Part shown: piece by piece, positions 28,499 to 37,455 of the stretch | Position numbering within the stretch: position 1 is the first letter of the stretch | Layout: every line of letters begins with the position of its first letter | IMG/VR virus record: IMGVR_UViG_3300021256_000002 | Location: 128,001-192,000 of that record | Origin: a virus | Lineage: Duplodnaviria > Caudoviricetes | DNA: 64,000 nt | Direction: 5' to 3' (one strand) | Position numbers and translations under genes: made by a program | Notes under the pieces: generated by a model | Seen by the model: only the letters and a program-made list of their open reading frames with translations | Databases searched by the model: none | Told to the model about the DNA's origin: nothing

Positions 28499-29332
28499 AT
28501 GCGTTCTGTACAGAGTAATATCAAACGTAATACCAAAGACTTTGGTGAGCTTGGTCTGTTCCTTACAGGTATTGACGTCTCGCTGAAGAATATTGACCAG
28601 TTTGACCCTTTTCGAAAGGGGTTCGCCCGTCTGTTCATCCTTCGCCTTCCTCGGTTCATGGAGTTAATGGACGCGGCAGCCGCAAAAAGATTTAAGCACC
28701 TGCTTGAATTCGGCTTCACGAGCATCAGCGGCATTTCTAACCCCACTCTGGAAACTGAGTCTCTGACTGGTGGTTATACGGGTGGTTCTTTCGAAATTCC
28801 CTCTATTGCGAAGGATAATACGAACGAAATCACCATTCAGCTCTACGAATTCTCTGGTCTTCCGATTCGTGAATTCTTGGATACTTGGATTACTGGTATC
28901 AGCGATAAGCTGGTAGGTATCGGTCACTATCATGGTATGATTAGTGAAGATTGCCAGTACAAGGCATCCAATCACGTTATGGAAGCAGTGTATGTCGTAA
29001 CTGACCCGACTGGTCGTCCGGATTGCATCGAGTATTCCTGCTTGCTGTCTAACATGATGCCGAAGACTATTCCCATTGACCATGTGAATTATTCTTCTGG
29101 TGACCATGGTGCAGCGCAGATCGATATTCCGTTCACTTGCAATAAGTATGAATCTCCCCAGATCAACGAAATTGCAAAGACGCTGTTAACCAAGTATGTA
29201 ATCCTCACGGATAGCCTTGGCTTCCACAGCGGTTGGACGACGAATCAGATCAATAACATGCCTAATTATCAGTTCAGCAGCCAGTACAACATGACTGACT
29301 ACGGAGCTCTTGATGGCATGACTCGGAGCTGA
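28499..29332 (+). CDS. Tail tube protein
   Basis: Directly after the sheath; T4 gp19-like ITIQLYE...FLDTW...DPTG...MPK pattern. Confidence 0.8.
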   Translation: MRSVQSNIKRNTKDFGELGLFLTGIDVSLKNIDQFDPFRKGFARLFILRLPRFMELMDAAAAKRFKHLLEFGFTSISGISNPTLETESLTGGYTGGSFEIPSIAKDNTNEITIQLYEFSGLPIREFLDTWITGISDKLVGIGHYHGMISEDCQYKASNHVMEAVYVVTDPTGRPDCIEYSCLLSNMMPKTIPIDHVNYSSGDHGAAQIDIPFTCNKYESPQINEIAKTLLTKYVILTDSLGFHSGWTTNQINNMPNYQFSSQYNMTDYGALDGMTRS

Positions 29333-29430
29333 TGAAATCCATTTGATTTAGATGTATAGGAAGAGAAATCTTCCTATACATTTTATCTCTGTCATGTGAC
29401 AAATTCATAATCATTTCTAATAGAAAGGAA

Positions 29431-30696
29431 GTGAAGATAGTGGCTGAATTGTTTGATCGTGGAGCGTATATTACCGATAATGCAGTACTGATGAAAGATC
29501 GCTTGAATAAGCAGTATTCATCATTCTTGCAGTCACGCCCCACCATGTGCACGTATTATCACGTCAATCCAGTATTTTCTACTACAGATACAGGTACTCG
29601 TGATGTTGAAGGCTTGATAGATGATAACTCGCCTATTCGGTATAACAAGATAGAGAATTTCCCTATATATGGAATAGATAATATTCAAGCCGACTTAAGT
29701 GATAGCGATGCTGGTCTGGATACGTCGTATGATGGAAATGCGATTATCTTACCTAATACCATTCATCCAGTCCCAGATGATTATTTCACAATACACTATC
29801 TTGGTAAAGAGTATCTCTTCAGAGTCAATCATTGTACCTATGATAGATTGAAGAGTAATAACTATTACAGTATTTCGTTCCATCTTGAATATGCTGATAA
29901 AGCAGGATTTGAGAGAATGGAAAAACTGTGTATTGAGCATTATCAATGTATTTTTGATAATATTGGTACGAAAGATAAATGTATAGTTCGCACGTCGGAT
30001 TATAACGTACTTGAACGGGTAAATGCTATTCTTACTTCATTAAAGGAAAAATATGCTGAAAGGTATATTGATAAGAAGTATAACGCTGCAATGTATTTTG
30101 CAAATAGCTACTGCTATATGTATGATTCGATGTTGAATAAATTCATCAATAGTAGTAAAATATATGAACCAATAATTGGCTCGTTGAAGTTCTATCTGTT
30201 ATATGAAGAATTCCGTCCATATACTGGAATGGATTATGAGGATTCTATCTATGATAGAGTGATGAAGAAAGATTTCAGTGACCCAAGTGATATCAATAGA
30301 TTCTACTGGCCAGAACCTGCAATAAATACTGAATCGATATTCGACTACCATCGAGATACCCGAGTGAAGTATTTGAGCTATTACAACGTAGAGATTGGAC
30401 CATTTGGGAATAAGCTTCTTCCGTATTTTTCTAATGATTTCTTGAATGCAATTAAGCTCAAAAATATCAATCTTTTAGATAATTTATTTGAGAAACTTGT
30501 GTATACGTATGTAACACAACCAAGCGCTAATTGCCTGAAATTCCTAGACGATTTGGAAAAAGTTAAGATAAGATACAACTTCCATACGTATATATGGACC
30601 CCATTAGCCATGTATTCTTTGAGACAAGTACTCAAAGATATCAAGGTTGATCTGACTGCACTGGATGAAACTCTGGTGCACCAAAATAATTATTAA
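29431..30696 (+). CDS. Virion structural protein (possible neck/head-closure)
   Basis: Late motif gaca-aattca-ta at 29398-29409; TYY...YNKIENFPIYG...ILPNTIHPVPDDYF typical of phiKZ-like structural proteins. Confidence 0.55.
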   Translation: MKIVAELFDRGAYITDNAVLMKDRLNKQYSSFLQSRPTMCTYYHVNPVFSTTDTGTRDVEGLIDDNSPIRYNKIENFPIYGIDNIQADLSDSDAGLDTSYDGNAIILPNTIHPVPDDYFTIHYLGKEYLFRVNHCTYDRLKSNNYYSISFHLEYADKAGFERMEKLCIEHYQCIFDNIGTKDKCIVRTSDYNVLERVNAILTSLKEKYAERYIDKKYNAAMYFANSYCYMYDSMLNKFINSSKIYEPIIGSLKFYLLYEEFRPYTGMDYEDSIYDRVMKKDFSDPSDINRFYWPEPAINTESIFDYHRDTRVKYLSYYNVEIGPFGNKLLPYFSNDFLNAIKLKNINLLDNLFEKLVYTYVTQPSANCLKFLDDLEKVKIRYNFHTYIWTPLAMYSLRQVLKDIKVDLTALDETLVHQNNY

Positions 30697-30718
30697 TGAA
30701 AGATAGGTGAATTTCATC

Positions 30719-31327
30719 ATGTTTAATGATTATGGTGTAAACGATATCTTCCAGAACATTCATGCTTCGGATGCAATGGAAGGATATGCAAATATGGCTG
30801 TTGATCAGATTGATAACAGTTTCTTCCGTGATATGTATATGGAAACAATGGAAGCCGTCCTTACGGGTAACGATTACATCGAAGACAATGGGCCGGAACC
30901 GCATCCTGCAACTGAAGCAATGGAAGACCTTGCTGACATGGATGACATGTTTGAAGGCTGTGCTAAGGAATGCGGTAGTAATTGCAGTACCGAGTGCGGT
31001 GGTGGCTCTTGTGAATCTAATGTTGGTGATGAATATATGTATGGTAAAGGTTCCAATGCTGGAGACCATGCATATCTGCGTTCTTTGAACACCATCACTG
31101 GTACTGACCCAACTGATGCCGGCACCTTCTTCAATCTCAAAGATCAGAAGCCGTCTGTTGAATCCGCTGAAGCTAGTCGTGAGATGCAGGATTTGATTTC
31201 TACGTTACCAGACACTGAAGTAACTGTAGATGAAGGGTATTATCCCGACACGTATTCTGAGGATAATGGGGTGAATGAAAGTGCCGAACTTGGATTGGAC
31301 GATCTCGGTCTCGACCCTCTCCTCTGA
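30719..31327 (+). CDS. Very acidic protein dense in X-X-E sites (putative prohead core component)
   Basis: AMEG, TMEA, AMED, MFEG, SVES, VNES; short Cys-rich CAKECGSNCSTEC segment. Confidence 0.5.
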   Translation: MFNDYGVNDIFQNIHASDAMEGYANMAVDQIDNSFFRDMYMETMEAVLTGNDYIEDNGPEPHPATEAMEDLADMDDMFEGCAKECGSNCSTECGGGSCESNVGDEYMYGKGSNAGDHAYLRSLNTITGTDPTDAGTFFNLKDQKPSVESAEASREMQDLISTLPDTEVTVDEGYYPDTYSEDNGVNESAELGLDDLGLDPLL

Positions 31328-31355
31328 TATGAGAAAACCTTTGGGGGTAGACGGA

Positions 31356-31835
31356 ATGAATAAAGTAGTACAGCGTAAAAAAATTATCATCCCGTACAGT
31401 GGGTATATCCATGCTCTCGGCGTTCATGGGCCGGTGGAAATTCCGTACATGGAAACATTGGAAAACATCGCCAAGATGCTCATGAGACGTATTCCGGTAT
31501 ATGAGATTACCTCTGGCGGAAATAAAGTTAAACTCACAACTACGAATTATAAGAAGAATAATGGAGGAGATGGCGACGACGTCAAGAAGACGTATGAACC
31601 TGTCAACGCAAAGAAGAAATCTTCTACTATTTGCGTATCTGATAAGGATCTTGAAGAAAAGTCGCTTTCTGCTATTCTTCGTAATTCAACTAAGAAGCTT
31701 TCGAAGTCTAAGGATTACTATGACAATGGTAAGCATGACAAGAAGAAGAGCAAGCACAAAGGCGGCTCTGAAAGCCCCGTGTATATCGGTGCTGTTGGCT
31801 CTTCGGTCGATAGCGACTTGGTAGAGACGAAATGA
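31356..31835 (+). CDS. Basic hypothetical protein
   Basis: SD ggggg before ATG 31356; Lys-rich C-terminus. Confidence 0.55.
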   Translation: MNKVVQRKKIIIPYSGYIHALGVHGPVEIPYMETLENIAKMLMRRIPVYEITSGGNKVKLTTTNYKKNNGGDGDDVKKTYEPVNAKKKSSTICVSDKDLEEKSLSAILRNSTKKLSKSKDYYDNGKHDKKKSKHKGGSESPVYIGAVGSSVDSDLVETK

Positions 31836-31961
31836 TAGAATGAGTCTAGGATTTAACCTAGACTCATTCTTATCTATTTTTCAATTCACATTTTAAATAT
31901 ATAATATATACGTAGAGAAAATAAAATATTTCTAGTTTAACACTTTTAGGAGGTATGTGTT

Positions 31962-32204
31962 ATGGATGTCGAAGAAGCAAAAGCTAATGTGTTTTCAATT
32001 TTAGCGGTAATGGTTTTAGCCGGTATGTTGGCTCCTATTTTCCTAAATGGAGGTGATAATATCAAAAGTGATGAGGCTGATATCAAAGCAGTTGAAATCG
32101 ACGATGTACGTCAATACAAATTCACCGATAAAGAAAATAATGTCGAATACGTTATAACCGACAAGCCAGACGGTGTTTCTGTTAAGCGTAAAAATATTAA
32201 CTAA
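31962..32204 (+). CDS. Small membrane-anchored early protein, paralog of 32219
   Basis: Early motif 31892-31908; TM helix then IKAVEIDDVRQYKFTDKENNVEYVITDKPDGV. Confidence 0.7.
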   Translation: MDVEEAKANVFSILAVMVLAGMLAPIFLNGGDNIKSDEADIKAVEIDDVRQYKFTDKENNVEYVITDKPDGVSVKRKNIN

Positions 32205-32218
32205 GGAGGTAAAGTAGT

Positions 32219-32497
32219 ATGAAGCTATCAGAAATACTTAATAATTCTGAGAAATGTATGAACGTGATGTGTCTTATGGTAGTAATTGCTTTTGCTATAA
32301 CTTTAGCTATATGGGGAGCATGTAGGGGAATTGTTATAGTACTCGATTCCGTTTATGGTAATAACCCACCCAATATTAAAGCATTGGAAGTTGATGATGT
32401 TCGTCAGTATAAATTTACTGATACTGAAAACAACGTTGAGTATATTATAACGGATAAACCCGACGGCGTTACTACTAGCCGTAAAAATATTGAATAA
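32219..32497 (+). CDS. Small membrane-anchored protein, paralog of 31962
   Basis: TM helix then IKALEVDDVRQYKFTDTENNVEYIITDKPDGV. Confidence 0.7.
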   Translation: MKLSEILNNSEKCMNVMCLMVVIAFAITLAIWGACRGIVIVLDSVYGNNPPNIKALEVDDVRQYKFTDTENNVEYIITDKPDGVTTSRKNIE

Positions 32498-32510
32498 GGA
32501 GGCTTGATTA

Positions 32511-32765
32511 ATGCATCATGCCGTGTTAATGTATCATATCCCGCGATTGTTGGGAAAAACGGTACCAATGTGTTGCAAAATAAAAGGAAAGAAAGGTAAA
32601 AAGCCGCTTGATTTAAATTCAAATAAGTTTTTGTTTAATATGGTTATTACGTTAATGATATCCATGATTTTTAGTGTGTTTATACAGAATCTTATTATAT
32701 GTATAGACTGTGTAAGGGGGATACTGGAATGGCTGGACAAGCTACTACAAAAAGATTCACATTAA
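32511..32765 (+). CDS. Small membrane protein
   Basis: AAGGAGG SD; one hydrophobic helix. Confidence 0.45.
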   Translation: MHHAVLMYHIPRLLGKTVPMCCKIKGKKGKKPLDLNSNKFLFNMVITLMISMIFSVFIQNLIICIDCVRGILEWLDKLLQKDSH

Positions 32766-32944
32766 CCTGTGTGTGGAAAAATGGCACTACGAGTCAGATG
32801 AGTGAAGCGTTGGAAACTGAAGCCGAAGCTATCGACCTTCTTATTCATGATCAAGATGAGACTGCCGAGCCCGATGATTTGCAGCCATTTCGTTGGAACT
32901 CGTTTTCGCCTAGCGTCGATTACTACATGATAACGAAAAGCTGA
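32729..32944 (+). CDS. Small acidic hypothetical protein
   Basis: aaggggg SD before ATG 32729; followed by bidirectional terminator ~32950-32989. Confidence 0.5.
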   Translation: MAGQATTKRFTLTCVWKNGTTSQMSEALETEAEAIDLLIHDQDETAEPDDLQPFRWNSFSPSVDYYMITKS

Positions 32945-32992
32945 TGGTAAAAAGAAGAAACGGAATTACTATGTTCCGTTTCTTCTTTTATG

Positions 32993-35128
32993 TTAAACTT
33001 TGGATGCTTTGGCTTTAGCCATCATTTCAGCCATCCACTTCTTAGCTTCTTTATCTCTCTTGCGTTTCTTTTTACGAGCTTTCTGCTCTTTATAATAACG
33101 TTTGGAGTCCATATAAATACTCTCTTTGAAGTGTAAATCGTATTCGGATTTCTTGTACTTCCGATACGTATACGGACTCGTAATCTGCTTATTCATATAT
33201 TCAAACGAGATGGAAAGTGCCAGAGATGGGTTATAAATCAACGCATCTGTTACACGGAGAATCTGATAGTTCTCACATGTATCTGGGTCTTTCCAATTCG
33301 GTTCAAGCAAAATATCGTCGGCTTTACGAACAAGCCCTTTGATAAGCAACGAGCAATGAACAACGTCAACGTCGATACCAGACTCAATAGTCAAGTCGCA
33401 CATCTTATTGAGGATTTCATCAATCGTCGTACAACCAAGATGAGGAACTCTATCAAGCAATTTGACAATGTTCTTCAACGGAGTAGACATCTCGTTGTTA
33501 TGGATGTTTACTTTAGCAATTGGATTACCAAAGTCAATGTTAGATAACTTAATAGCCAAATAATCATCTTTCTTTTTCAGTAACTGAGCGATATCACCAT
33601 ACAGGAAGATATCATGATTACCTTTATCTGTAATAGGAATCATTGTACCAGTAGAACGATTTCCAATATAGAAACGCTCCATGCTATAGTTAAAGTCACT
33701 ATCGGTACTTACTTCATCAAGTACAAAGTAATCATCTGTACTGATGAGAAGTTCCCATTTATCGAAATCTTCATCCGAATCCGGATTGAGAAGAATTGTA
33801 CTCGAATCCAATATAAAGAACTTATAGAAGCTCTCATCGAACTCAATCAAATCAGAATGAGTTGAATTCATGTGTTTTGTAGAAAGTATCTTCTGCTGAA
33901 TAGGATTGTTAATCTTTGTAGCAGCGAACTTCCCGATATGGAAATTTGGATTGCAGTTAGTGTAATACAAATCGCCATAACATACATGACAGATTCCATC
34001 ATGTGCACAACACGTAATCGGGTCTCTCATAAGAACAGTCTGACCAATCAGATGATCATCTGTCCGATAATCGATAATGTGATAAGACCCATCCTCCAAC
34101 ACTATATAACGGTTATTGGCTCTCTTAAGATGCTCTTTATCCGCAATATAGTATTTGATTGGTCTACTAGAATGACAGTCATCTACAGTCTGAGACATTC
34201 TGTATGAAGAAGACAACTGCATTGTCTTGTATGCAAAGTGACCAGAACGACCCATTACCGTTTTATTCATAATCAACGGTTTACAACCAGCCTGACCATC
34301 AATATAGAAGTTAGATACGGAATCCAAACCTCTATGAATGTAGCTGGAGTTAATTGGGATAGGAATAACGTTTCCTTCTACGTCTGGCTTCAGACCACCA
34401 TTGATAGCGAACTGAGATAACTGACCAAGGTTCAAACCTTTACCACTTGCGATAAATGGTTTAAGAAGATTATTATCATCTTCCGTTATAATCTTAACCA
34501 TGGTCTTCAAATCGTTAGATAAGATATCTTCGATTTCTTTTGGCTGAATACCTTCAGCTAATCTACGTTCAGTTAATTCCTTGAATTTAGGATAACGCTC
34601 ACGTAAATCAGAGAAAGCTTCGATATCCATGGTCGTTCCCATAACTTCAGCGAAGTCATAATTGATTCTCGTAAGCAGGAAAATCATATCATCACGAGCT
34701 GCGCTGATATCTTCCATACGGAATTCTTTACGATATGGAATGACGATTTTGTTATTCACATATTCATCACTGTACTTCTGACAGAATTTATATCCGTCGA
34801 AAATATGAGAATCGTTTACATGATCTGGTATCTCCAAATACAAGAACGGATACCAATACATAAGGTTGATAATGAAATGACGAACTTCCATAGTCTTAAT
34901 AGGCTCACGTTCATCATTCTTAAAACGAAACTTTAACGGGTGTTTACGAACACGTTCCTGTTCAAACCCTTGCTTCATGTAATCATAAAGCTCACATAAA
35001 ATATGCTTGTAAGTTTTCTTATCGCTGAGAATTTCTCTAACGATGAAAATAGTTGAGTTTAGGCGTTCGTCGAATGCAGGGTAATCAATATCACCGAGCA
35101 ATTCATCTTCTCTAGATAAATCGAACAT
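32993..35128 (-). CDS. RNA polymerase beta' C-terminal subunit (probably non-virion RNAP)
   Basis: Bridge helix MGRSGHFAYK, Zn site DDC...RDPITCCAHDGICHVCYG, trigger loop QKILSTKH; early motif at 35201-35216. Confidence 0.9.
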   Translation of the reverse strand: MFDLSREDELLGDIDYPAFDERLNSTIFIVREILSDKKTYKHILCELYDYMKQGFEQERVRKHPLKFRFKNDEREPIKTMEVRHFIINLMYWYPFLYLEIPDHVNDSHIFDGYKFCQKYSDEYVNNKIVIPYRKEFRMEDISAARDDMIFLLTRINYDFAEVMGTTMDIEAFSDLRERYPKFKELTERRLAEGIQPKEIEDILSNDLKTMVKIITEDDNNLLKPFIASGKGLNLGQLSQFAINGGLKPDVEGNVIPIPINSSYIHRGLDSVSNFYIDGQAGCKPLIMNKTVMGRSGHFAYKTMQLSSSYRMSQTVDDCHSSRPIKYYIADKEHLKRANNRYIVLEDGSYHIIDYRTDDHLIGQTVLMRDPITCCAHDGICHVCYGDLYYTNCNPNFHIGKFAATKINNPIQQKILSTKHMNSTHSDLIEFDESFYKFFILDSSTILLNPDSDEDFDKWELLISTDDYFVLDEVSTDSDFNYSMERFYIGNRSTGTMIPITDKGNHDIFLYGDIAQLLKKKDDYLAIKLSNIDFGNPIAKVNIHNNEMSTPLKNIVKLLDRVPHLGCTTIDEILNKMCDLTIESGIDVDVVHCSLLIKGLVRKADDILLEPNWKDPDTCENYQILRVTDALIYNPSLALSISFEYMNKQITSPYTYRKYKKSEYDLHFKESIYMDSKRYYKEQKARKKKRKRDKEAKKWMAEMMAKAKASKV

Positions 35129-35248
35129 GCTTTATACCTCCTATAACTACATATAAAAATTTGTACTTTAATTACTAGAATTTCATTACCGTACTAGACC
35201 ATAATATATAGATGAAATTCGTGTTTAAAAATTGAGGGGTGTAATATA

Positions 35249-35764
35249 ATGAGTAAAAATATCGTAGTTGTTACTAACGAAGAGGGAATCATGGACCGCA
35301 TATTCAAACCGTTATATGCGAAATATCCAACCGACCTTACTCCTATTAAAAATGTTACTACCGATACTTCATCACTTGGATTCTGGGCTAAATGGATTGA
35401 AGATGGTTCTAATGGGCCAACTGTTATGGGATGTCCAATTAAAGATAATCCAGGTTACCAAATTATCAAAATTCCGTTTGCTGGGTTTGCTTATATGGTA
35501 GCATATAATAGAAAGTATCAGCTTGATAATCAAAACCTGATAATTTCTATTAAGGAAAAGATTCCAACTCAGACGTATTCGATGGAGTTATATCATCTAT
35601 ATATCAATAGCCGGGTTAAGGTTGGTATTTCCATGTTTGATGAATACTTCAATATGACAGAAGGTAATTCTCTGTTAGGATTGCTATTTGACCCTGTGAT
35701 GGAAATGATTGCAAATGACCAAATTCCTATGGTTAGTCCAGACATCAAGAATCTGTTGTCTTGA
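35249..35764 (+). CDS. Hypothetical protein
   Basis: 171 aa ORF with GAGGGG SD. Confidence 0.6.
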   Translation: MSKNIVVVTNEEGIMDRIFKPLYAKYPTDLTPIKNVTTDTSSLGFWAKWIEDGSNGPTVMGCPIKDNPGYQIIKIPFAGFAYMVAYNRKYQLDNQNLIISIKEKIPTQTYSMELYHLYINSRVKVGISMFDEYFNMTEGNSLLGLLFDPVMEMIANDQIPMVSPDIKNLLS

Positions 35765-35799
35765 CAGGTATTTAAAACCATGATAAGGAAGGTGCTAAA

Positions 35800-37413
35800 A
35801 TGGCTAGAACTTTATATGACCTCCTTGGAGATTTCTCATACACAGAATCAAGCTTTATTAAAGTAGGAGATATAAAACATCATAACGCGATTACTCTCTT
35901 AGCAATTGATCCGGTTAATATGGATAACTTGGTTGAGATATATCCAACCACAAACATTCTGAATGTATTCCTGTACAAAGATTCGAAAACTCCGATTGAC
36001 TTGCTCAATCCGGATTGTCATTTGTCTGAAGCAGACCATGACCTCCTTACCAAATCACCTTTGGCTGGTGGTGCAGTTTGCTTAGACCAGAATGGATGGA
36101 TTCCTCTGGAATTCATGGATAAGAAATTCATTGCGATGTTCGTAGAGTTTGCTACATACGAACAGATGCTCGCTGAATGTACATATAACCCCCAGACTGA
36201 TTATGGCAGATTGGTCATGGTATTCGATATTCGGGGTGAAAAACCTGAAACGTTTACCGATGATACTCCTATATGGGGTGTATATCGTTTGGTGGGAGAT
36301 CCTCATAGCAAGTCTGGATGGGTTCGTTGCTTTACCGAAGGCTATGATACACGTCGTATCACATGGGATGAAGTTGCTGGTGATTTGTTCAAATCAACCG
36401 TAGCTGAAATTGACCAGATGGTTCCGATGCGTCATGAGCATACAGATTTACGAGCACTTGATGCATTATCTATTGATGAAGATGGTAGACTTTGCTATCA
36501 AGGTAAACGAGTAATGTATCGCGAAGATTACAATACTCTCTTGATGGATGTAAAAGAAGACCAACTCGATAGATTACGTGATGGTGATAGTGGTTCAATT
36601 GTATATGCTGAACATGCAGTTATACCACCATCTAAAGCACAGTACGTTGACACGAGTGAATTGGATACGATAGACCATTTCTATGAGAACCGTGCTGATA
36701 TAAACGAGATTCTCTTGATGGATACTAACAAGTTTACTACATTCACTCGATTTGCTTATAATTGTTTCAATCTTGAAATCGTACCAGTATTCGACTTCTC
36801 TAACGCAGAGTCGATGACTGAATCGTTCAAGAACTGTACGAGACTTGACAACTTCTATGAAGTTACTGCTGATAAACTCGTATCCATGCTTGGTACATGG
36901 GAGAATTGCAAATCGTTAAAATTCATTGGTGATATTACCAATAGCGAATTGCTTGAAAATATTACCAATGTATTCAGGAACTGTAAATCGTTAGTATTTA
37001 TTCCTCAGATGAACTTCTATGGCGTTAAATATTTTGAATCGTTTGCTGAAGGATGCGAAACTATCACGATGTTTGATAACTTAATCAATCCGGTGAACTT
37101 CACGAACGCATTTAGAGGATGTGCGAACATAACGAGTATCGGCACTATAAACTTCTCGAGATGCAAATCTCTTGATGGTTGCTTCGAAGGATGCTCCAAT
37201 TTGGAAATGGTGAATATCGTTCCTAATACATTAACGAAATCTATTTCGTTTGAAGGTACTGCACTTAAAATCAGTAATGCAGTTGATATCATCGACGGAT
37301 TACCGTCAGTACCGGTAGAAAGAACTATCAATTTGCGTAATACTCCAGCTTCTGGTGTATCTGTAACATATCAAGATATTGCTAGAGATAAAGGTTGGAC
37401 TATCGTCGTATAA
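35800..37413 (+). CDS. Fibre/receptor-binding-like protein with BspA-type (DUF285-like) leucine-rich repeats
   Basis: Repeats FxNCxxLxxI; N-terminal module shared with 37456 and 39992; late motif gaca-ggtatt-ta at 35763-35774. Confidence 0.65.
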   Translation: MARTLYDLLGDFSYTESSFIKVGDIKHHNAITLLAIDPVNMDNLVEIYPTTNILNVFLYKDSKTPIDLLNPDCHLSEADHDLLTKSPLAGGAVCLDQNGWIPLEFMDKKFIAMFVEFATYEQMLAECTYNPQTDYGRLVMVFDIRGEKPETFTDDTPIWGVYRLVGDPHSKSGWVRCFTEGYDTRRITWDEVAGDLFKSTVAEIDQMVPMRHEHTDLRALDALSIDEDGRLCYQGKRVMYREDYNTLLMDVKEDQLDRLRDGDSGSIVYAEHAVIPPSKAQYVDTSELDTIDHFYENRADINEILLMDTNKFTTFTRFAYNCFNLEIVPVFDFSNAESMTESFKNCTRLDNFYEVTADKLVSMLGTWENCKSLKFIGDITNSELLENITNVFRNCKSLVFIPQMNFYGVKYFESFAEGCETITMFDNLINPVNFTNAFRGCANITSIGTINFSRCKSLDGCFEGCSNLEMVNIVPNTLTKSISFEGTALKISNAVDIIDGLPSVPVERTINLRNTPASGVSVTYQDIARDKGWTIVV

Positions 37414-37455
37414 AAGAATAAAGAGTATAGGCAGAAATTGCCTATACTCTTATAT

